Shown in pieces: positions 55,074-64,000 of a stretch of 64,000 nt of DNA. Numbering within the stretch: position 1 is the stretch's first letter; every line of letters starts with the position of its first letter. The stretch covers positions 64,001 to 128,000 of the forward strand of contig JBBRLQ010000019.1 in NCBI GenBank assembly GCA_038231275.1. The letters are read 5' to 3'. Below the pieces are notes generated by a model. The model made no database searches. It had not been told where the DNA came from and was given only the letters and a program-made list of their open reading frames with translations. Both the position numbers and the translations under genes were made by a program. Origin of the DNA: Polyangiales bacterium. GTDB lineage: Bacteria > Myxococcota_A > Polyangia > Polyangiales > Polyangiaceae.

Positions 55074-55631
55074 GTGGACCGATTGAACCCCGACTCGTCC
55101 CTGCTGCTCGTCGTCGACGTCCAGGATCGGCTGCTCGGCGCGATGGCGCCCGACGCGGCCACCCGCCTGCTCGAGAACGTCGACATCCTGCTCGACGCCG
55201 CGCGCGTCCTCGGCGTGAAGGTCATCGCGACCGAGCAGTACCCCAAAGGCCTCGGTCCCACCGTCGCGCCGATCGCCGCGCGCTTCCCCGCGCTGGGCGT
55301 GACGCCGATGGCGAAGCTCGACTTCGACGCGATGAGCGATCCCAACGTCGCGCGCGCGGTGCATCACTCCGAGGCGCGCAACATCATCCTCGTCGGCATG
55401 GAGGCCCACGTCTGCGTCTTCCAGACCGCGCGTGAGCTCGCGCGGCGGGGGTACGCGACCCACGTCGTCGCCGACGCCGTCCTCTCGCGCACCGAAGCCA
55501 ACCGCGATGCCGGGCTGCGCCTTTGCGAGCACGCCGGCGCCACCGTCACGGTCGCCGAGGCCGTCGTCTTCGATTGGTTGCGACGCGCGGGGTCGGACGC
55601 CTTCAAGCAAATCTCAAAACGAATACGATAG
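55074..55631 (+). CDS. Isochorismatase family hydrolase
   Basis: VVDVQ, TEQYPKGLG, GMEAHVCVFQT. Confidence 0.92.
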   Translation: MDRLNPDSSLLLVVDVQDRLLGAMAPDAATRLLENVDILLDAARVLGVKVIATEQYPKGLGPTVAPIAARFPALGVTPMAKLDFDAMSDPNVARAVHHSEARNIILVGMEAHVCVFQTARELARRGYATHVVADAVLSRTEANRDAGLRLCEHAGATVTVAEAVVFDWLRRAGSDAFKQISKRIR

Positions 55632-55699
55632 GTTGCCAAGGCATTTGCTAATTTGTCCGTCACCTTGACGAATTGTCTTTCGTCTGACAGATTGCCCTC

Positions 55700-57133
<1,434 letters not shown>

Positions 57134-57242
57134 TTGTCAAAATGTCGCGCGTTGGGCCCCGCACCGGCCTAGGGCGACAACCTGTCCGAGAGGGCGCTCC
57201 AAATCGCTGTTCAAATGCGCGATAGCGGTAGGGTTTCTCTAT

Positions 57243-57258
57243 TGGCATGAGCCTGGCT
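57243..57258 (+). promoter_or_regulatory. Sigma-54 -24/-12 promoter for the gsp operon
   Basis: TGGCATGAGCCTGGCT: GG(57244-45)-N10-GC(57256-57), 25 bp before gspC ATG. Confidence 0.65.
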
Positions 57259-57283
57259 TTGCTAAGGCTGAAGGTCCTCAACC

Positions 57284-58246
57284 ATGGCCGTCGACCAGCT
57301 CCTGCGTAAAAACTTCTGGCTCGTGCTCGCCCCGCTCGTGATGCTCGCGGCGCTGCTGAACGCCAAGGCGATCACGCAGCTCGTCGGCATTGGCCTCGGC
57401 GCGGACGAGAAGCAGTTGTCTGCCCCGCCGCTGGTCGCCAAGGTCGCGCCGATGGCGAGCGGGCAACTGTCCCACGCCACGAACGCCGACGCGATCCTCT
57501 CGCGCAACCCCTTCGACTCGGTCACCGGCGCGCTCAACAAAAAGCCCGTCGACGACAGCCCGCTTGCGGCTCCGCTGGATCTCTCCGATCCGTTGAGCGC
57601 GCCGGCGTGCGATGCCGTGAAGGTCCTCGTCATCGCTGCGTCGAGCGATCCGGAGTGGTCCTTCGCGGCGCTCACGAGCGGCTCGTCCGACAAGGACAAG
57701 AGCGTGCTCCGTCGCCGCGGCGGCGAGTTCGGCGGCAAGACGCTCAAGTTCGTCGGCTGGGATCGCGTGTGGATGACGAGCGGCAGCTCGCTCTGCCAGG
57801 CCGAGCTCTTCAAGGGAGCCGCGAAGACCCCGCCGCCGGCCGCCGCCGCGCCGCCTGCACCTGCCGCCGCGGGTGGCGCTCCCGGTCTCGATCCTTCGAT
57901 CGCCAAGGGCATCTCCAAGATCAGCGCGACCGAGTTCAACATCGATCGCGGCGTCGTCGACAAGATCCTCGAAAATCAGTCCGATTTGATGCGCCAGGCG
58001 CGCATCGTCCCCGAACAGGAGAACGGCAAGGTCGTCGGCATCCGCCTCTTCGGCGTCCGTCCCGACACGCTCCTCGGCGTCCTCGGGATGGAGAACGGTG
58101 ATCGCCTCCAGACGATCAACGGCTTCGACATGGCGAGCCCCGAAAAAGCGCTCGAAGCGTACGCGCGCCTCCGCACGGCCGACCACCTCACCGTGCAGGT
58201 GAACCGCCGCGGGGCGAACACCAACCTCGACTACAACATCAAGTGA
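57284..58246 (+). CDS. gspC: Type II secretion protein GspC (with PDZ domain)
   Basis: N-terminal TM, RNPFDS, ARIVP..GIRLFGVRP..GDRLQTING. Confidence 0.9.
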   Translation: MAVDQLLRKNFWLVLAPLVMLAALLNAKAITQLVGIGLGADEKQLSAPPLVAKVAPMASGQLSHATNADAILSRNPFDSVTGALNKKPVDDSPLAAPLDLSDPLSAPACDAVKVLVIAASSDPEWSFAALTSGSSDKDKSVLRRRGGEFGGKTLKFVGWDRVWMTSGSSLCQAELFKGAAKTPPPAAAAPPAPAAAGGAPGLDPSIAKGISKISATEFNIDRGVVDKILENQSDLMRQARIVPEQENGKVVGIRLFGVRPDTLLGVLGMENGDRLQTINGFDMASPEKALEAYARLRTADHLTVQVNRRGANTNLDYNIK

Positions 58247-58272
58247 CGAAAGCCCCAAGGTAAGCCGCAATC

Positions 58273-58539
58273 ATGGAAACCGATCTGTTTCGCAAGACGA
58301 TGAAGTCCATCGGGGTGATGGTCGGCGCGTGCGCGCTCTTCACGGGGATGGTCACGTTGATCGCGCTCTTCGTGGTCGGGCGCGCGGTCGGCCCGCGCGA
58401 GTCGGTCGAGCAAGGCTCCGGGGTCGTCCCCGCGTCGAAGATCGATGGTCAGCGGCCGCCCAAGGCCGACGACGCGCCGCCGCCGAAGTCGAACGCGAAC
58501 AAGGCGGACCTGCCGCCGCGCGCCACCCGCGCGATTTGA
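58273..58539 (+). CDS. Small single-TM protein
   Basis: 88-aa ORF with one TM segment, fills the gspC-gspD gap. Confidence 0.65.
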   Translation: METDLFRKTMKSIGVMVGACALFTGMVTLIALFVVGRAVGPRESVEQGSGVVPASKIDGQRPPKADDAPPPKSNANKADLPPRATRAI

Positions 58540-58594
58540 ACCCCTTCGTTCCCAGCTGCTGCATCAGGACCCCGAAAGGCCCCACGTGCGCTCG

Positions 58595-61216
58595 ATGATG
58601 AAACGTCCGCTCCTTCTCTTGCCGCTCGCGTCTTCGGCGTTCTTCTTCGCCGACGTTCGCGACGCGGCCGCGCAGCGTTCTCCGTCGCAGGTCGCGCGCC
58701 CCGATCCCGCCATCCCGAACATCATTCCTCCGGCCACGGGCGCGGGTGCCGCGCCTGCCTCGCCAGGTGCAGGTGGCTCGGCGGGTGGGACCGCGCCAGG
58801 GGCAGCGGGAGCTGGAGCAGCAGGTGCGGCCGGCGGCGTGAAGCCCGTCGGCCCTGGCGGAAAATCGACGGCCGACACCGCGGGCCTGCCGCAGTTCGAG
58901 CAGACGATGGAGTTCGAGCCGCGCTCCCCGAACTTCAAGGTCGCCTTCTCGCTCGAGGACGCGGATCTGCCCGAGCTCGTGAAGGTCATCGGCCAGCTCA
59001 CCGGCAAGCGCTTCATCTTTGGCGGCAAGGTCCGCGCGATCAAAGCCAGCGTCTACTCGCCGCAGAAGATCACCGTCGCCGAGGCGTACCAGGCGTTCCT
59101 CTCGATCCTCGAGACCAACGGCCTCACGGTGGTGCCGCACGGCCGCTTCCTCAAGATCGTGGAGACCGCCGGCGTCGCGACGCAGGCGACGCCGATGTAC
59201 ACCTCCGCCCAGGGCGCGCCCGCCGAGGACCGCTACGTCACGCGCATCCACCGCCTGTCGCACGTGAGCGCCGACGAGGTCGCCGCCGTCCTCGGCAAGT
59301 TCAAGACGAAGGAGGGGGACATCACCGTCTACGCGCCTGGCAACCTCCTCATCATGACGGACACCGGGACGAACATCCGGCGCATGATGCAGCTCGTCGA
59401 AGAGATCGACGTGGGCGAGGCCGGCGATCAGATTTGGATCGAGCCCGTGCACTACGCCGCGGCCAGCGACGTCGAGAAGCGCATCAACGAGCTCTTCGAC
59501 GTGAAGGGCGGCGGCGCGGCCCCGGGCGGGGCCCCCGCGGCCGCCGGTGGCAAGCCCACGCCTCCCCACGTCACGGTGGGCGGCGGGGATCTCCACATCT
59601 CCAAGATCGTCGCGGACGATCGCTCCAACTCGCTCCTCATCGTCGCCACCGAGCGCGCGTATCTCCGCATCCTCGAGTTCATCCGCCGCATCGACATCCC
59701 GCAGACCGGAGAAGGGGAGATCCACGTCTTCCCGCTCCAGCACGCCGACGCGATCGAGCTCACCAAGACGCTCACCGAGATCGTCGCCGGCGCAGGCGGC
59801 GCGGCTCCGGCCGGCGGCGGCGCGGCACGTCCGGCAGGAGCGGCCGCACCGCAAGGCATCTTCGAGGGCGGCGTGAAGGTCAGCGCGGACAAGGCGACCA
59901 ACTCGATCGTCATCACGTCCTCGCAGCGCGACTACGCGTCGCTCCGCATCGTCGTCGATCGGCTCGATCAGTCCCGTAAGCAGGTCTTCATCGAAGCAGT
60001 CATCATGGATCTCCAGCTGAAGCGCCGCGACGTCTTCGGCATGTCGTTCCACGCCGGCGACACGTTCAGCACGAGCCAGGGCGACGGCCTCATCTACGGC
60101 GGCAACAAGCCGCTCAACACGATCTCGCTCCTCCCGACCGATCCCGACGCGCTCCAGGGCTTCGCGCTCGGCGTGCGCGGACCGGGCCTCTCGGGCAGCC
60201 AGAACTTCCTCGGCACCGGCGTCACCATCCCCGCGTTCGGCACGTTCATTCAGGCGCTCGCGCAGACCGGCGACACGGATCTGTTGAGCACGCCGCACAT
60301 CTTGGCGACCGACAACATCAAGGCCGAAATTTCGGTCGGCGACAACGTGCCGCTCCAGCAAAACGTCGGCGGCGGTCTGGCCGGCGCGCTCCCCGGCGCC
60401 GCGGGTGCGGCTGGCGCTCTCGGCGGCCTCGGCGGGCTCGGCCTCGGCGGGCTCGGCTTCGCGGCGCCTCGGCAGGACGTCGGCACCAAGATCTCGATCA
60501 TCCCGCACTTGAACGAGTCGAACGAGGTCCGCCTCGAGCTCACCGAAGAGATCAGCGAGCAGGGAGCCCCGACCGGCGCCCTCGGCGTCATCCCGATCTC
60601 GAAGCGCACCGCCAACACGACGCTGGTCGTCCGCGATCAGCAGACGGTCGTCATCGGTGGCCTCATCCGAAACGTGCGCGCGCGGCAGGAGGACAAGGTC
60701 CCGGTCCTCGGCGACATCCCGGTCCTCGGCGCGCTCTTCCGGAAGACGGAGAACCGCTTCGAGAAGCGCAACCTCGTCCTCATCCTCACGCCGTACATCA
60801 TCCGCGAGCAGAGCGATTTGCGCGTGGTGTTCGAGCGAAAGATGCAGGAGCGCCAAGAGTACCTTGATCGCTACTTCGTGTTCTCCGACTCGAACGAGTA
60901 CGAGCCGCCGAAGGACTACACGCGCACCAACGGCCTCGTGGAGGACATCCGCCAGGGCTTCTTGAACGTCGACGAGCGCAAGCGCCTCGAAGAGCTGACG
61001 CGCCCGAAGGAGCTGAAGCGTCACGAGCCGGGACAGCCGCTGGAGATGCCGGCGCCCACGACCCACAGGCCGGGTATCGCTCCGGCCGGCGGCACCGCGG
61101 CGTCTCCTCCTCCTCCGAGCGGCGCAAGCGTTGTCAGCACTCCGCCCGTGGTGGGCCCGGCGCCGCCGATCAACATCCTGACGCCGTCGCGCAGCGTCGA
61201 AAAGATCGAGAAATAA
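58595..61216 (+). CDS. gspD: Type II secretion secretin GspD
   Basis: N0 LEDADL..KRFI, N domains, QVFIEAVI, LSTPHI, KVPVLGDIPVLGALFR; start may be GTG 58586. Confidence 0.93.
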   Translation: MMKRPLLLLPLASSAFFFADVRDAAAQRSPSQVARPDPAIPNIIPPATGAGAAPASPGAGGSAGGTAPGAAGAGAAGAAGGVKPVGPGGKSTADTAGLPQFEQTMEFEPRSPNFKVAFSLEDADLPELVKVIGQLTGKRFIFGGKVRAIKASVYSPQKITVAEAYQAFLSILETNGLTVVPHGRFLKIVETAGVATQATPMYTSAQGAPAEDRYVTRIHRLSHVSADEVAAVLGKFKTKEGDITVYAPGNLLIMTDTGTNIRRMMQLVEEIDVGEAGDQIWIEPVHYAAASDVEKRINELFDVKGGGAAPGGAPAAAGGKPTPPHVTVGGGDLHISKIVADDRSNSLLIVATERAYLRILEFIRRIDIPQTGEGEIHVFPLQHADAIELTKTLTEIVAGAGGAAPAGGGAARPAGAAAPQGIFEGGVKVSADKATNSIVITSSQRDYASLRIVVDRLDQSRKQVFIEAVIMDLQLKRRDVFGMSFHAGDTFSTSQGDGLIYGGNKPLNTISLLPTDPDALQGFALGVRGPGLSGSQNFLGTGVTIPAFGTFIQALAQTGDTDLLSTPHILATDNIKAEISVGDNVPLQQNVGGGLAGALPGAAGAAGALGGLGGLGLGGLGFAAPRQDVGTKISIIPHLNESNEVRLELTEEISEQGAPTGALGVIPISKRTANTTLVVRDQQTVVIGGLIRNVRARQEDKVPVLGDIPVLGALFRKTENRFEKRNLVLILTPYIIREQSDLRVVFERKMQERQEYLDRYFVFSDSNEYEPPKDYTRTNGLVEDIRQGFLNVDERKRLEELTRPKELKRHEPGQPLEMPAPTTHRPGIAPAGGTAASPPPPSGASVVSTPPVVGPAPPINILTPSRSVEKIEK

Positions 61217-61219
61217 GCC

Positions 61220-63040
61220 ATGTCGGCCGAGCAGCGCTTCCTCGGAGAGATCCTCGCGCGACGCGGCGTCATCGCGGCGGAGAGGCTCGAGGCGCTGTAC
61301 GCGATCCAGCGCGAGAAGGACGTCAGCCTCTCCGACCTCATCGTCAACGCGAACCTCGCGGAGGAGGCGCAGATCGCGCAGGCGCTCGCCACGGAGGCGG
61401 AGCTGCCGTACGTCGCCAAGATCGATCCCGAGCGCATCTCCACCGCGCTCGCCACGCGCATCCCCATCGCGTTCGCCAAGAACCACCGCATCATCGTCAT
61501 CGCAGAAGACGAGGCGCAGGTCTTCGCGCTCGTCGCGGATCCGTTCGACACCCCCGCGATCGACGACGTGCGCGTCCTCTTCGCCAAGCCCGTCGAGGTG
61601 AGCGTCGCGGGCCGCGAGGTCATCGAGGACGCGATCAACCGCGTCTACGAGCGCGACGCCGGCGCCGGTGAGCTCGAGCAAGACGAGGGCACGGTCGACG
61701 AGGAGGGCGTCAGCGACATCCTCGACTCCGACGACGAGGCTCCGGTCATCCGCTGGGTCAACTCGCTCTTCCTCCAGGCGATGAAGGAGCGCGCGAGCGA
61801 CATCCACATCGAGCCGGAAGAGAAAGAGGTCCTGGTCCGCTACCGCATCGACGGCGACCTTTACATCAAGCGCCGCGCGCCGCGCACCTTCATGAGCAGC
61901 ATCGTCAGTCGCATCAAGATCGAAAGCGCGCTCAACATCGCGGAGAAGCGCCTCCCGCAGGACGGACGCATCACCAAGAAGATCGCCGGCAAGGGCTTCG
62001 ACATCCGCGTCAGCACCATCCCGACGAGCCGCGGTTACGAGCGCATCGTCATGCGTCTCTTGAATAAATCGAGCGTCCTCCTCGACCTCCCGGACCTCGG
62101 ATTTTCTGGCCGCGACTACGCGCTCATGGACAGCCTCATCCGGCGGCCCGACGGCATCATCCTCGTCACCGGCCCCACCGGCAGCGGCAAGACGACGACG
62201 CTCTATGCGTGCATCAACCGCATCAACCGCCCCGATCTCAACATCCTCACCGCCGAGGATCCCGTCGAGTACGAGATCGGCGGCATTCACCAGGTGCACG
62301 TCCAGCCCAAGATCGGGCTCACCTTCGCGAGCGCGCTCCGTGCGTTCCTCCGCCAAGATCCGGACGTGGTCATGGTCGGCGAGATCCGTGACAAGGAGAC
62401 CGTCGAGATCGCGATCAACGCGTCGCTCACCGGCCACCTCGTGCTCTCCACCATCCACACGAACGACGCGGCCGGCGCCATCACGCGCATGGTCGACATG
62501 GGCGTCGAGCCGTTCCTCTTGCGCTCGTCGGTCATCGGCATCCTCGCGCAGCGCCTCGTGCGCGTGCTCTGCCCCCACTGCAAGATGCCGTACGAGGCGA
62601 CGCAGGACGAGCTCGAGGAGCTTGGCATCACGCCCGAGCGCATGAAGACGCGCAGCGCACGCCGCTTGAAGGAGCAGTCGCGCTACTACCCGAAGACCGT
62701 TCGTGAGCCGGACGTCTTGGAGACGCCGTTCGCCGGCCCGCCCATCTTCTACAAGCCGAAGGGCTGCGACAAGTGCGGGAGCACCGGCTTCATGGGGCGC
62801 CGCGGCATCTACGAGCTCCTCCTCATGGATGACGCCGTGGGTCCGCTCGTCCTGAAGAACGCCGACTCGCAGACCGTGAAGCGCACCGCGCACGAGCAGG
62901 GCATGGATTCGCTCCGCGACGACGGCGCGCGCAAAGTCATCGCGGGGCTCACCAGCGTCGAGGAGGTCCTCGTCGCCACGCAAGAAGACGTCGAGCTCGA
63001 GCCCGATCGCCCGAGCATGTCGCAACGCCTGTCGAACTGA
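61220..63040 (+). CDS. gspE: Type II secretion ATPase GspE
   Basis: ASDIHIEP, GPTGSGKTTT, EDPVEY, LRQDPD, CPHC...CDKC. Confidence 0.95.
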   Translation: MSAEQRFLGEILARRGVIAAERLEALYAIQREKDVSLSDLIVNANLAEEAQIAQALATEAELPYVAKIDPERISTALATRIPIAFAKNHRIIVIAEDEAQVFALVADPFDTPAIDDVRVLFAKPVEVSVAGREVIEDAINRVYERDAGAGELEQDEGTVDEEGVSDILDSDDEAPVIRWVNSLFLQAMKERASDIHIEPEEKEVLVRYRIDGDLYIKRRAPRTFMSSIVSRIKIESALNIAEKRLPQDGRITKKIAGKGFDIRVSTIPTSRGYERIVMRLLNKSSVLLDLPDLGFSGRDYALMDSLIRRPDGIILVTGPTGSGKTTTLYACINRINRPDLNILTAEDPVEYEIGGIHQVHVQPKIGLTFASALRAFLRQDPDVVMVGEIRDKETVEIAINASLTGHLVLSTIHTNDAAGAITRMVDMGVEPFLLRSSVIGILAQRLVRVLCPHCKMPYEATQDELEELGITPERMKTRSARRLKEQSRYYPKTVREPDVLETPFAGPPIFYKPKGCDKCGSTGFMGRRGIYELLLMDDAVGPLVLKNADSQTVKRTAHEQGMDSLRDDGARKVIAGLTSVEEVLVATQEDVELEPDRPSMSQRLSN

Positions 63041-63048
63041 GGGATGCG

Positions 63049-64000
63049 GTGGCAGTATTCGAATACACCGGGCTCGTCTCCGCGAGCGGCAAGCAGGTAA
63101 AGGGGGTTCGGGACGCCGACAACCCGAAGCTCCTGCGCGCGACGCTGAAGCGCGAGGGCGTGCTCTTGACGAGCGCTCACGAGACGAGCGCAGCGACGGC
63201 GAAGGCCAAGCGCAACATCGATCTCGGGGCCTTCTTCCGCCGCGTGAACGTCGGCGACATCGCGATGATGACGCGCCAGCTCGCCACGCTCGTCAACGCG
63301 GGCATCCCGCTGGTCGAGGCTGTGTCGGCCCTCACCGAGCAGGTCGACAAGATCGAGCTGAAGCGCGTGCTCACCCAGGTGCGCGATCGCTTGAACGAAG
63401 GCATCTCGCTCGCAAAGGCCCTCGAGCCGCACGGGAAAATTTTCCCGAACCTCTACGTCAACATGGTCGCGGCCGGCGAGGCGTCGGGCACGCTCGAGAC
63501 GGTGCTCGAGCGCCTCGCGGACTTCATGGAGGGGCAGAGCAGGCTGCGCGGAAAGGTCGGCGCGGCGCTCGCGTACCCGGTCCTGATGCTCCTCATCGGA
63601 TCGGTGCTCATCACGATCATGATGGTGGTCGTCGTGCCGAAGGTGACGAGCATCTTCTCGAGCCTCGATCGCGCGCTCCCCTGGTACACGTCGCTCCTCA
63701 TCGGCGTCTCTGGCGCGATCGGCAGTAACCAGATGCTCGGCTTCGTGACGTCGGTCGTGTCGATGACGCTGGTGCGCCGCGCCATGCGCCCGCCGGCCAA
63801 CCCCGAAGATCGCCAAAAGAAGCCGTTCTTCGTCGGCGGCGCGATGGTGGCGGTTGGGGTGATGATCTTCGTCGGCTTCGCGGTCGAGTCGGTCTTCAGC
63901 TACGGCGTCGGCATCGGCATCGGCGTCGTCGCTGGTTTCGTGCTCGCGCGCTTCCTCGCGTACGTGGCCACTCCGACCGGCCAGGTGTGGAAGGACACGC
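63049..64000 (+). CDS. gspF: Type II secretion inner-membrane platform GspF (3' truncated by window)
   Basis: GTG AVFEY; TRQLATLVNAGIPL, AGEASGTLE.VLERLA, ALAYP; open frame to window end (absent from ORF track because no stop). Confidence 0.92.
   Translation, partial: MAVFEYTGLVSASGKQVKGVRDADNPKLLRATLKREGVLLTSAHETSAATAKAKRNIDLGAFFRRVNVGDIAMMTRQLATLVNAGIPLVEAVSALTEQVDKIELKRVLTQVRDRLNEGISLAKALEPHGKIFPNLYVNMVAAGEASGTLETVLERLADFMEGQSRLRGKVGAALAYPVLMLLIGSVLITIMMVVVVPKVTSIFSSLDRALPWYTSLLIGVSGAIGSNQMLGFVTSVVSMTLVRRAMRPPANPEDRQKKPFFVGGAMVAVGVMIFVGFAVESVFSYGVGIGIGVVAGFVLARFLAYVATPTGQVWKDT

Overview
Very GC-rich, gene-dense bacterial DNA, most consistent with a myxobacterium of the Polyangiales type (many Cys-rich lipoproteins, eukaryote-like Ser/Thr kinases, a MYXO-CTERM-like anchor, a DigR-like regulator). 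About 52 CDS, 2 tRNAs (Met-CAT, Pro-CGG) and one probable pseudogene; no CRISPR array, integrase, transposase or rRNA. In order: a translationally coupled pair of ~1170-aa lipoproteins (Cys-rich unknown + metzincin protease) followed by a knottin-tipped lipoprotein; a glycan-tailoring trio; oppD-oppF-kinase; prkA-MATE; tatD-tonB; a membrane-anchored ECF sigma factor; a 142-bp inverted-repeat element; an ABC efflux operon; kinase/TPR-PEGA remnants; an S8/FG-GAP protease; digR; a self-contained galactitol-family PTS with an HPr-EI fusion beside a divergent GpsA; bioA and a histidine kinase; and a sigma-54 activator followed by the type II secretion genes gspC-D-E-F (gspF runs off the window). 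Best candidates for new biology: the giant lipoprotein/metzincin/knottin surface module, the sigma-TM-sensor one-component ECF, the stand-alone PTS-GpsA module, pervasive leaderless gene starts, a readable sigma-54 enhancer circuit for the T2SS, and a GspF with an extra transmembrane hairpin. All family calls come from motif recognition by eye; no searches were run.
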